The translations under genes and the position numbers were made by a program. 64,000 nt of DNA, taken from contig NC_068982.1 in the NCBI RefSeq assembly GCF_001194135.2, forward strand, positions 178,843,002-178,907,001. The letters run 5' to 3'. How positions within the stretch are numbered: the first letter of the stretch is position 1; every line of letters starts with the position of its first letter. Under the pieces are notes generated by a model, which was not told the origin of the DNA, made no database searches, and worked only from the letters and a program-made list of their open reading frames with translations. Origin of the DNA: Octopus bimaculoides (lineage: Eukaryota). Below, piece by piece: positions 1 to 12,125 of this stretch.

Positions 1-391
1 CTCCCGTATACATTATACAATTTTACCTTGAAATTTATCTTGTTTTCCAGATAATTTGACAGTCATTTGGTGTTACTAATGATCTTGGTATGATGTTTGT
101 CACGATAATTATTTTTCCGCTGTCTGCCGTTCATATTTGAGATATAATAATTGGTCATATTTTGTAATAAATTTCGAATCGAGGTAAGACCCATCACTAT
201 ATTCTTAATGAGTAGAGTAGTTAATCGGGTTGAATCTAAGCCCCAATCTATCTCTGAAACAAGCGGGATAGTTGTAAAAATGCAGCAAGCAATATTAGTA
301 GCGCAAGCAACCGATATGCAGTTGATATTTAATTACAGCCTGTTGGTATGTTCCTAGTTTCGTAATTTGAAATTGGTACATATAGTGTCTA

Positions 392-966
392 GGATCTATT
401 TTAAAACGGGGGCCACATTTTTCATTAATGTTTTACGTAGTGTTTTTGGTACGGAAAGACTTTCAAACTTCGTATACTTATCTATTTTGTGTTATAGAAC
501 AGAAAAACATTTTTGTATTCGAATTTATTTCATGTAAAAAATTGTCTTATTTCGATAATTTCAACCAATCACTGACAAGTATTCAGTTGTTTACATTTGC
601 TCTTTTGGCTGATTAAGCGATGTAAAGCGTATTTAATCTCCATACCTCCGTTTTATTTGCTTTTTTCATTTTAAATTTGCTTTAACCTTAATCCTAACCC
701 CAACCCTACGGTTAGGGTTAGGGTTAATTGTTTCAAAATCGTTTGTTTATGTAGTCGGCACTTAATGTATATCCGCTGAATGGACGTCAGTGATTGGTTG
801 AAATTATAGAAATACGACAACTTTAGCATGGAATAACTTATGGATTTCTTTTTTTTTTAAAGAAGACTAAGAGAAAAAGATGTTTTATATGACACATTCT
901 ACCAGTGTTCCAAGTTTCAAAGTGTTTCGTTAATGAAAAATGTGGCCCCCGTTTTAAAAAAGATCC
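392..966. mobile_element. Non-autonomous TIR element (MITE), 575 bp, 8-bp TSD (Merlin- or hAT-like)
   Basis: 37-bp TIRs: ggatctattttaaaacgggggccacatttttcattaa (392-428) and ttaatgaaaaatgtggcccccgttttaaaaaagatcc (930-966), 1 mismatch. Exact flanking repeat agtgtcta at 384-391 and 967-974. Internal inverted repeat at 557-586 / 776-805. Confidence 0.88.
682..725. repeat. Short telomere-like array, degenerate (CCCTAA)n then (TTAGGG)n, inside the MITE
   Basis: ttaaccttaatcctaaccccaaccctacggttagggttagggtt. Confidence 0.75.
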
Positions 967-989
967 AGTGTCTAATATCACCAGTTAGG

Positions 990-1165
990 AAGGCGGCAAA
1001 CTGGTATTTCGTCGTTCAGAGTTAAATTCCAGCGAGGTAGACTTTGCCTTTCATCGTTTCGGGGTCGATAAATTAAGTACCAACGAAACACTGGGGTCGA
1101 TGTAGTCGACTAGTCCCTCCACCAAAAACTTTCAGGCCTTGTGCTTTCAGTAGAAAGGAATATTA
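990..1165 (+). mobile_element. SINE family A (local label), internally deleted copy
   Basis: aaggcggc head, core gactttgcctttcatcgtttcggggtcgataaattaagtacc and tail ggccttgtg...gtagaaaggaatatta, shared with several other copies in the window. Confidence 0.85.
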
Positions 1166-2683
1166 CCTGTAGGTGAAATATTTACAACAGAAGGCGTTTC
1201 ATCAATGTAGTGAAGTTTTGCTGAACTCTTAGGAATCGAACATAGAAAAATTTAGATATGCAAGTTAATTTAAACACTTAGCTATGAGCTTACGAAGCAA
1301 ACCTCAATTTTCCGATACTTCTGACGTTTCATTGCTTCTTCATAATTATACAAGAGGGGAATTAACCTTTATGGCTTGGCCATGGGAAATTTGTCGTAGG
1401 AATCATCTATCATATTATTGATGGCCATGGATACTATCAATTTAACCTTCTGTAACTGTTGAACATCTAAACTAAAGACAAAACAACAATGTTGAAATCT
1501 TACGTCAACGAATGTCATAGTAATATGTAAAAGTTTTAAGAATGAGATTATGAAAAAACCACTAGTACTGTCTTCTTACATTACAGAAATTAACATTGGT
1601 ATGTTACAACAAAAGTAATAATATTAACTGGTATCAAAAAAGAATACATATGCTTAATATAACCGACATGCCTAAGAAGAAAGCGAATACGGAATATCAA
1701 TAAAAATATTACTTCTGCTGCATAAAGGAAAAATAGCTATCCTTCGCCAATAATATATACAATATACAACTAGTTTTCGTCTAATTCCTGGACAGCACTA
1801 ATCAAGTGCATTTGTGATCAAATGTGTTATAGCCATGAAAAAGCTTATGTTTTCCATGCAACTGATTTATCTAATATGTCCTTTTAACACAGGGAAGTCT
1901 GATTTGAGGAGTATTTGATCGTTATTTCTAAAAGGCGCCCAAGTGATTATGTAAGGTGCTCATACGTTAGTGTGTATGCAGATAATTTTACGAACATACT
2001 AGCCTTCAGGGTAAATAGTTTAATAGCATTTCTTATTTCTAAATCAGCATCTCCCTTTCCGCAATGCAACAAGGGGGAAACACCTTTACTTTAATGTTAC
2101 TTCTATCACTTGATCCTAGTTTTCACAGCATATTAATATTAATGAGAGCAAGGTATGATATAACGTAAACAATGGCGTCTTCACATGTTAGGAACCAAAA
2201 TTACATTCATATAGCTCTCTTAATATGTGGCCAATATAATAACAGAGAGGCTATACTGTCACTTATATTCTTTTAGAAAAAAAAAAAGAAAAAAGAAACA
2301 GAGATGAGCTGCAGGGTGTCTGTAAGCCCAGTTATGCTTGTTACACTACTTTGTACATATGATAAACCATATTTCTGCCATTGTCAATAGCGTAACAAAT
2401 AGATTTACAATAATAGCATTTGAAAATATGATGCTTAATTATACCACGACTTATGATTGGATTTTTTATAAGTAAAAATTAGTTCATTAACAATTTGTGT
2501 TGTATGTGATCACAGTATGTTCTTGATGTATACTATTGCATACAGTTATATCTTTCTTACAAACCACAATTCCTAAAAAACATGTATTAGTTCCAGTAAC
2601 TGATGCTTTCTAATGGAGCAATTCGTCTTGGTATCAATATGTACATTGTTGATTCTGTGGCTTTCATTATAATATCAGTACTA

Positions 2684-3941
2684 TTGGGTCATCCATAAAT
2701 AATGCGGATTTTCAATTGCATGAAAAGTAGGAGGGGGACGAGATAAACTACCTGTATTAACTTCCTATAAAAACAAGTAATAATTGTACGGTCTGCTTAT
2801 TATTAGTGCAAGTTTTGAAGAGTGCAGTTCGATTTTAACAGTTGTATTTCAAAGCTATAATAGAAGTGTTAAAGGAGCATATTCGGTATATTTTGCTTTA
2901 TGAGTTCAATGAAGACAACAACGCAGCGGAAAATGCGAGGAATATTAATGCAGTATGTAGGGATCGGACAATAAGCGTAAGCCAGTGTCAACGGTGGTTC
3001 CAGAAATTCCGAACCGGAAACTACAGCCTAGAAGACACGCCTCGTCCTGGAAGATCTGTAGAGTTCGACGAGGATGTCCTGCAAACCCTGGTGGAACAAA
3101 ATTTCATCGTAACTGTTGAGGAATTAGTAGAGATCCTTGCATTTTGTCAGTCAACCATTCATCGACACTTGCGTGTCATCAGTAAAGTCAGCAAATTGTG
3201 TCAATCCATTTCTCGCAAACTTTCCGAGTCTGATCGCGCGAAGAGAGTGAATGTGTGCTCTTCTTTGCTGTCACATCTCACGAACGAACCTTTTTTTGGA
3301 TCAAATGTGACCGGTGACGAGAAATGTCGTCACTATAAAAATGTCAAGCGCTAAAGACAGTGGGTAGGGAAAGGAGAAAGAAGGTCTTCACCAACGTAAG
3401 GTGCTGTTATATTTTTGGTGGGATATGAAAGGTTTAGTCCACTATGAACTTTTAAACCTAAACCAAACGATAACAAATGAGATCTACTGCGAGCAGCTTG
3501 AACGGCTTAAGTCAGCGCTAGAAGAAAAACGACCATCTTTGGTTTCAAGACAAAAGGTGTTCTTCCATCCGGATAATGCTCGCCCACGTAAAGCAAGAAT
3601 GACATCCCAACGGCTGGAGCAGTTTGAATGGAAACGATGCTCTACCTATCATATTCGCCGGACATTGCCCCATCTGATTATCATTTATTCCGCAGCCTTC
3701 AAAATCATTTGGAGGGGAAAATATGAATTCTGTAGACGAGGTCAGATCAGTACTGGAGAAATATTTTTCGTCACAGACAAGTGAATTTTGGAAGAGGGGC
3801 CTAGCAAGTTTACCAGATAGATGCAAGCGAATTGTAGAAAACGAAGGAATGTATTTTTAGATTAAAAAAGAAATTTATTTATTGTAATTTAGAAAAATTA
3901 AAAGAAGTATAAAAAACCACATTATTTATGGGATGGACCTA
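2684..3941 (+). mobile_element. Near full-length decayed mariner transposon (~1.26 kb)
   Basis: Left TIR ttgggtcatccataaataatgcgg after TA; imperfect right TIR ccacattatttatgggatggaccta before TA; transposase remnant inside. Confidence 0.9.
2842..3865 (+). pseudogene. Mariner transposase with stops and frameshifts
   Basis: HTH-region CQRWFQKFRTGNYSLEDTPRPGR, then TGDEK, FWWDMKGLVHYELL, FHPDNARP, and frameshifted YSPDIAPSDYHLFRSLQNHL at ~3650-3710. Confidence 0.9.
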
Positions 3942-4088
3942 TACAAATAAAATCATAGATGAAAGGAGTATTTGAGCTGGCTGAAACGAATGTTTTCAAA
4001 GCTTTTACGATGATTTCTTGGATGATTTCCTTACATACTGTCAACAGTCCTTAGAATAATTGCCTGAATTCTTTTGTATGTTTTAAAA

Positions 4089-4303
4089 AATATTTCCTTT
4101 CCTACTCTAGGCACAAGGCCCAAATTTTGGGAGAGGAGACCAGTCGATTAGGTCAGTACGCAAATGGTAATTAATTTATCGACCCCGAAAGGATGAAAGG
4201 CAAAGTCGACGTCGGCGGAATTTGAACTCAGAACGTAAAGACAGACGAAATACTGCTAAGTATTTCGTCCAGTTTGGTAACGTTTCTGCCAACTCTCCAC
4301 CTT
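4089..4303 (-). mobile_element. SINE family A, full-length copy
   Basis: Reverse complement of the family A head, core and tail (gaaaggatgaaaggcaaagtcgacgtcggcggaatttgaactcagaacgtaaagac). Confidence 0.9.
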
Positions 4304-7300
4304 GTTATTTTAAAAATATAACATTAAAGGACAGGGCCCGATCGATTAGAGGATTCGGCACAGCAGCAGAGAGCATACTTTGCGGTATTTATTGTAGCTC
4401 TATACATACTACGTTTCATTACTACGAAGGCTAACATAACATTTTATCCATCCAGGCTCGATAGCATAATATAACAGTCAAGGACTTCAGAGAATTTCAT
4501 CCTAAATTTCTGCATTGTGTCAATGTTAGAAACAATTGTAATTTTAGATTAGTAAAATACGGTAACACAATAAAACTGATCAGTTTGTATCCAGGTTTTT
4601 ATTACTGAATTCAACTACTCCCTTTTGCACAACTCAACTAGATGGTGTCTGTACTTAAGCAATCCCACTTACTCTAAGTACAATACGCCATGATTTTGTG
4701 ATTTGCCGTCGGAATAGTTATGATCAAGCAGATTGATGCGGGTCGTCGGGCATATCTAACCCGCTCGTCTTTCGTCTTTTGCCCGCTATTTTTAGTAAGA
4801 CGAAGTATCACGTAGCGTTATCCTCATTGGCTCGTTACTTACTGGATTACAAGTCAAGATAGATAGAAGAGGAAGTCATAATATCAGGACATAACTTTCG
4901 TGACAAAACAAGGTGAGACAATTGATGTCTTGAAGTTCTGTAGATTGACTCCAAAGGACAAATTAGGTGGCGCCACAACAACGTAGAGCAGTAATGGACG
5001 ATAAGGGGGTTGTTCAGGATCTGATGGAGGAAACAATATGGATGTACGGACGACATATTCAGAAAACAATTGTTCTAAGTGGTGTTTGTTGGGGATGGAA
5101 TGGGGCATACTCTTTTAGAAAAAGAGTACACATTGGGGTTATAACGGTAAGAAAAGCAGAGAAATGAATTAACAATTTCTGTACGTTGGCTTGTGAATAA
5201 TTAGCATCCAGGCGAAAGTTCTTCCTGAGTATCAGTATGACCTTCCCAGATAGGCGAATGATATCTCAATGTGGTCGTAACTTGATATTTTAGAGAAGTT
5301 TCAAATAATTCATAGTTAAGACATATCAAGGTGATATATTTCTGAAATTATGATTCATAATAAATTATACTCTAATACGTCTAACGGAGTATGAAAAGTG
5401 TGTTAATTTGAATAGAGTTTTTTTTATATTGTTACATTGACGCTTACTGTCTTAGTTGTAATGTATGTCTCTAACAGAATTATTTAATCTTATGAAAGCT
5501 TAACCAAATATACAATATAGATTTTGCAAAAACCAACGCAATCTGTCAGGAGAAACTTGATTATTACATTTGCAAATTACGTTTAAACATAAACGTCAGT
5601 CTACATTTATTCACAGATATCTATAAATATATACGACAAATTATTGTGTACGCTAATTAATAGATAAGAGATCTGCGGGCACTGGCAAACCAGTCTTCGT
5701 ATAAAACTGTATCAGTTAGTATTCTTTATATCAAAAGTGTGATCAGAAGCATGAGAAGTGCACGGACTGAGATACCCCTTAATCTCTTGAGGATGGCGTA
5801 TAAATACATATAGATACTCTTCTAGTCTTTTATATGTTTCAGAGAAAAGATATGTAATACGCGACGAAATATATATTAGTTCTGCTTGTGTTGTAATTTC
5901 TCCTGGAAACGCAGGCTTTCTAGTATACGATACCTGTGCAATTATCACAGATTGAATCTGAAACATATATCGTTCAAAGTGATACCAAATAGAAACGTCC
6001 TTCGGCGAGCACGAGGTGACTTCTGGATAAATGATCTGATGTCACCGACAATCTAAATCCTCTCATGGCACGTGGTCCTGGAAATACAGCTTGCAATAAG
6101 AATTAGAAGTGATGGGCTGCCATATTCATAACACTCTGTCACACGAGCGATACTTTTGTATCATCAGCATAACCGTGACTGACTATATTGTTGAGGGCAT
6201 GCCTGAAAGAGCAGCCAGAAACAGCAGTGGTCACAGTACAGTACTATGAGGGACTCCGCTGCGAATTGATGTCTACCCAGGGAGGGCACCATTGCCTGCA
6301 ACTGTCTGTCTTGTATCCTTTAAAACGTCATGCATGTACGCTCCCAATTTTCAAACAATACCAAGGTCACGCAGTGTGTGACATGTCATCCCACGACCAA
6401 CTTTATTAAAGGCCTTGGCAAAGTCGAGATATATCACATCTATATTAAAGTGGTTGAGCTGCTGTTTCAGTACCCAGTCGTAATGATTTAGTAGCTGTGT
6501 GAGGCAGCTCCTCCCCGGGGCTTGCAGTTAGTGAACCATCTTCTTCAAACTCTGGACCTATCTTGTAGTGCACCGAGGCGGATTCTTTCGCAAAGTCGTA
6601 GAAGTCTTTAGAATTCATTTTTTAAATATGTGACAAATGGGGTAAAACTAAGATGAATGAAATATAGCTGCATCATTCAAGGTCAATTGTATAATGACAA
6701 TGGAACGGAATATATCCAGTGTAGATATACATGATGGTTTTCGAGCTCAGATATTTATAAATTGTATTTGACTACGTCATTGCTCATTTTTTACAGTGAA
6801 GTTCTCAAGGTAATTACTACCGATTATTATCCAAGAAGAGTTCTTATAAAGTCAGAAGATATAGAAAAAATAGATTTTATAGATTATAAGCTTGGTAATA
6901 TAGTAATCAAAATGACGCTAGCATTATTAAAAACTGGTGAAATTTGAACCTTAAACTCACAGAAACAAAACTAAATAATAACTAATATTTATGCTGCTAA
7001 CTCAATCTGTCTCTTAATTTTATCTTAGAAATATGTGTATAGCGATAGTGATAACTTAGTTCTATTGATTAGAGAATTGATGTCAGATAGATGTCAAAAT
7101 TACTTGGAATTATGTAGTAAAACTACGCAATCTAATGTCGGAACCGAGCAGTTCATAAGATAAGATATTATATGTCATTATTTCTGGATTTAACTCATGG
7201 GAATAGAGTTTAATTTGATAATTCGTTTGATGCACATCTTCAGCGGCATACTGATTTCATAATTTAAAAGGACTTAAGAGATTTGATGTTGGAGAAATTA

Positions 7301-7915
7301 TGTGTCTAATTTCCACACACTTCCCTATCTCATACCTAACTCACACATGTGAATGTACAATGTGGTTTTACGTTCTACTCCTACATCGATGCCTTTCGTA
7401 ACGAATACAACTCGATGACATTAAAAGTATTAGGAAGTTGTGCTTATAAAAATATATTATATACATATATTCCTATTATCTTCATTGTAATCTAATGTAG
7501 GCTAGATAATCGAAATAATTAAATTTATTATGTGACAAAATAAGCATAGTTCCTTATTGGAGAAGTGATTATGGGGGAAGAAATCCTTTGAACAATGATT
7601 ACAATTAGTAAGGCCACAACTTCAAATACAAGAAAGGAAGTATTCGTTTGTACTTATACTGGGCGGGAATATAATAAGGATACGCTTTTTATATTATTAA
7701 TATTCATTATAACGACTTTGCTGGCTCCAACCATTGCGTTTTGATTGTGCCAGGTCTTGTCCCATACGCACGCGCGTACGCGCACACTGAAACACACACA
7801 CGTGAGCGCATGCGCAGAAATACGTATACACACACACGCGTATGCACACACACAAACACTCATATATATCTAGATATTTATGCGTGCACACATATATGTA
7901 TGTATGTGTGTGTTT

Positions 7916-8072
7916 GAGTGCAGGTATGATGTGTTGTAAGAAGGTTGTTTTCGACACTGTTTTCAAGTTCAGTCCCACTGCGGGGCTCTGGGCAAGTGGC
8001 TTCTACTATTAATGCTGGCGAACCGAAGCTTTATGAATGGATTTGTTAGGGGAAAGTGGAAGAAGCAGCCTG

Positions 8073-8130
<58 letters not shown>

Positions 8131-8348
8131 CGAGAAGCCTTTCCCTTGGATAACACTGGTGGCGTGGAGAGGGAAGGCCGGTATGCATGGGCAACTGATG
8201 GTCTCCCATAAAACAATCTTGCCCGGACTTGTGCTTGGGAGGGTAACTTTGTAGGTGCAATACCATGGTCAGTTATGACCGAAGGGGGTCTCAGCAGTAT
8301 AGTGAGAAAGAGAGAGATTTATATATATATATATATATATATATATGC

Positions 8349-8392
<44 letters not shown>

Positions 8393-8597
8393 ATGTGTGT
8401 ATACATGTATATGTAAGTTTGTGTTTGTCCCCCACAATCACTTGACAACCGTTGTTGTTTATTTACGTAACCGTAACTTAGTAGTTCTGCCAATGAGCCC
8501 GATAGAATACGCACCAGAACTAAAGAAGTATTAGGATAGACGTTTTTAAACTAAAACCTTTCGAGCCGGTGTTTGTTCACGTTTCAAGTAAAAGACA
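7916..8597 (+). mobile_element. SINE family B with internal (TA)n/(TG)n tract, interrupted by a family C fragment
   Basis: Head 7916-8074 (ttcagtcccactgcggggctctgggcaagtggcttctactat) matches 52121+ and 57403+. Tail 8410-8597 (cacttgacaaccg...gatagaata) matches 52380-52572. Confidence 0.8.
8130..8292 (+). mobile_element. SINE family C 3' fragment nested in the family B microsatellite
   Basis: cccttggataacactggtggcgtggagagggaaggccggtatgcatggg...ttatgaccgaagggg matches 38745-38880. Confidence 0.8.
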
Positions 8598-9222
8598 ACT
8601 ACAGCTGCTATATATCTATAGGGACATGTGTTTGTCTGTCTCTCTGTGTGCGTCATAAAGGTGGGTATATTATTCTTAACACGCTTCTCTATGCCATAAG
8701 CTGGATGTCATTCGCTCTGGTATTTTGTCTCGAAGTAAGGATCTGACTTTAGACTGTGTAACAACAAACTACCAGATAGAATTTTGATATGATTTTGCCT
8801 CTCAAGTTGTAGATATTTCTTCGCTCACTTCACCTTAAGCTAAATGTTGTTCTTATGAGCAGGAAACAATAAACAATAAATTCTTTTAGTTCAACACATC
8901 TAAGGGGTTAATAATCATTCTATACGGTCGAAGAGTCGTAGTTTGTTTCTAGTTTGGTACAGAGTTAGAAACTTTGAGAGTAAAATTGCTGGGACCATTA
9001 ACTCGATGAATAACAAAGCTTATTTTGTAGATAATCAAGCCAGTAACGTATTCCTCATTTACGGTATAATTTCTGCCGTTGTTGTATTTTTTTAAAAGAT
9101 AAAGTCACCACCCAAAAGTTTTCTGAATTAATGGACAATGTATTATATAAAAATCTGAGTCATTCAAATATTCATGATAAGCAATATTACTCATTTATGC
9201 TGTAATAATATGTATATATTTT

Positions 9223-9254
9223 CGAGCCTTGTGCCTAGAGTAGAAAAGAATATT
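9223..9254 (+). mobile_element. SINE family A 3' tail only
   Basis: gagccttgtgcctagagtagaaaagaatatt. Confidence 0.6.
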
Positions 9255-9670
9255 TATATGTTTAACGCGAACAGAATTTAAGTCTCTTCTAAAAATAATT
9301 ACAAAATAAATTATGTGGTTTGGAAACAAACCATATTAATCTAAAATTATTTTCACATAGTTGGGGTCGGGGCTGGGCATTTATGAGCGGTAATATCTGA
9401 CATATTTTTGTCTTCCTCAGCAAAGCATAGTATTCTCAAAAAATTCCAAATTAACGATGAAAGAATGACTATATTATTTTATTTAAATACACGACAAACG
9501 AAAAATATCATCTTAAGCCTAGTAATGAAACTTAGTTGAATGAGAAAGAAATAAAAACATTGATATATTTTTCGAACGTAAATTGTGAGATTGCTCCTAT
9601 GAATTGAAAATCCGTAAAGGTTAGTTACTAGATTCTTGAAATTAATTGTACTTTTAATATAAGTAAACTT

Positions 9671-9899
9671 TAAAGCGTTGAGCTGGCAGGATCGTTAACA
9701 CTCCGGACAAAAGTGCTTAGTAACAAAAGCGCTCGTCCGTCTTTATGTTCTGAATTCAAATTCCGCCGAAGTCAACTTTGATTTTCATCCTTTCACGGTC
9801 AATAAAATAAGTACCAGTTGACCACCATGGTCGATGTAAACGACTTACCTCATTTTTCAAACTTGCTTGCCTTGTGTCAAAATTTGAAATCGATATTAG
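9671..9899 (+). mobile_element. SINE family A copy
   Basis: gagctggcaggatcgttaacactccgg...ttcaaattccgccgaagtcaactttgattttcatcc...gccttgtgtcaaaatttgaaa. Confidence 0.85.
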
Positions 9900-9944
9900 T
9901 AAATTTTTCAGAACTGATTTCAATTATCCCTTATTCTGATAATT

Positions 9945-10155
9945 TCTAATAGAGGTACAATTCCTGAAATGTTTTTTTTATATGATGGGGTGCGCGTAGT
10001 CTATTTCTTCGACTCTAATATTTGACTGGTATTTTATTTTACCTGTTCTGGAACGATGAAAGGCAAAGTTAACTTCAGCGAAATTTGAATAGAACATTAA
10101 ATGTCGGAATCAATCTGCAAAGCAATGTGTTCGATGCTGTTACGATTCAGCCTTT
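9945..10155 (-). mobile_element. SINE family A, strongly diverged copy
   Basis: ctggtattttatttt...gatgaaaggcaaagttaacttcagcgaaatttgaa is the reverse complement of the family A core. Confidence 0.65.
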
Positions 10156-12039
10156 TGCTTTGAGATATGTAGTTTCTAAACAGTCTCACCAACAGCATGA
10201 AGTTCAATGAATACAACCTGTTCGGGAGATTATGTCATATCGTAATGATCATGTTATTTTCTTTTTATATTTGTAATAACATGAAAAAATAGTTAAGGAA
10301 CCAGGGCATTGAAATTTCGAATTCAATATATCCCTATTTTCACCAACCTTATCTATGTTTTTACTAAATGATTTTATTTGGCATAAATGTGAAATGCAAT
10401 TTTATCAGCCCTGTTTTCTGATTATTAATTTCTTTTCTAGTTATTTACATTATAAATGACTATACGCTCATGAAAGAAAAAAGCACTTCTAGTACAATGG
10501 CTAACATAGTAATTATGCTCTGCTTATAAGATTATATTAGTAGCCAAACGTGCCTGGAATTGTCTCACTTGAAACTTCAGTTAAATGAATATGATATTAG
10601 TTGTGGACAAATATTGCTTTCCCTCTTTGTCTAATTATTTCTAGTTATATTTTATTGGTCCTTGTCGTAAATATATTAACATTACCTTAACAATTACAAC
10701 AATTAGTTTCAATTTTGATTCGGAATTCCCATAATTTGCTTGCTGTACGCTGCATTTCATACGTCCATCAGGTGTCATGAAAAAACATTTCAGTCAGATT
10801 CATCGTTAATAAAATATAACCGTGAAAAACTTAATTGGTACATTAACATTTGAAGGCTTACCTCTAGTTTATTGATAGAATTTGCTCAATATATAAAACA
10901 ATCTCGTGAAAGATGTTTGCATATACAGTTTTATGCCAATTACGATCAACATTTTCATGTCAAGTATGTTACGTGCACTTTCATCTCCCATTATGGTGCC
11001 ATTCTCAGTATATTGAAACACTGGAAACTAAATTTTATGAGCACAATTTTTTAACAGAATGATAACAGAAATTTCATAGCAAACGATTCTTTCATTATAT
11101 TCTATGTATGTATGTAGGTATGTATATGTGCATGGGTATTATTCACTGCATGCCTTATAGGAGTATTTCATATTAAATATAGCCTTCAGTACATAGATTA
11201 TCATTTAATTAGATAATATAGAACATATATTGCAAATATAGCTAACATTCGCCAGTATGAAAACTACTATTAAGGTTTCACTAAATTCTTAATTAAAATT
11301 AATGAGAAAATTTGATTATTAATTTTGAATATATTCCCTTTTTATATTGTCTGGAGTTGATGTCGTCCTCGTCTTTTGAATTATCGGCAACCAATATATC
11401 TTTATGTTGCATAACCGTTTAAAATCAGTTTGGCAACCAGCTTAATTTAAAGTAAAATATTTTGGAGATTTTTACCTTGCATACATTAAAGAAATAATCA
11501 ATATTTTCTATAAGAGTAAATTGATTAAGATTTATAAAGATTAAGTAATAAAAGAGTTGAAAAATATTTGCTATATTAATTTAAGTTGCAGGGAAAATAG
11601 GTTGCTGCGTATTAATTTAGTCAATATACTTGGATATTGATGGATAGTCACATTAAGACTTTAAGGTTCCTTTGATCTTCAAAATTCAAACAAATTTATG
11701 AGATACTTAAAGTCTTAAATCCTAATGGAATTTTTTTGCCGAGCAGTTTTTTTTAAAAACGGCATCGTGTAACTTCAAATGTTATGGATTCCTAACATAA
11801 AACACTAGCATAAGATTTAAATGTAATATTAGAATATTAAAAGAAATTTATATAAAATATATTTGTGATATTTAATGAGAAATCTCGAAATTACCTTTTT
11901 GCGTCCGAACATATTAAGTTAATCATCTACTCTGTTTTATAATCATAACATGAATTAAAAAAATATTCTATTTGGGTTTCTAATACCCATGCCTTTCTTT
12001 TCAACGATGAAAAAGTACATTCATGCATCATGCAGTGCA

Positions 12040-12125
12040 TGTATGTATGTATGTATGTATGTATGTATGTATGTATGTATGTATGTATGTATGTAGGTAG
12101 GTAGGTATGTAGGCAGGTATGTATG
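12040..12125. repeat. (TATG)n microsatellite
   Basis: Direct tandem run. Confidence 0.95.

Noticed and set aside
51-183. Candidate exon (ttttccag ... GAG|gtaaga)
   Set aside because: Stops in all three frames and no in-frame ATG; nothing else supports it as a UTR exon.
682-725. Interstitial telomere as a chromosome-fusion scar
   Set aside because: Fusion scars read (TTAGGG)n then (CCCTAA)n. This array has the opposite order, is very short, and lies inside a TSD-bounded MITE.
1319-1345. Minus-strand ATGAAGA...GAAACGTC hammerhead-like string
   Set aside because: C3 is missing, stem I does not pair, and there is no PLE context.
4847-5167. Overlapping short ORFs on both strands
   Set aside because: No recognisable motif, and the GTGAGA-bounded exon candidate has no credible open acceptor.
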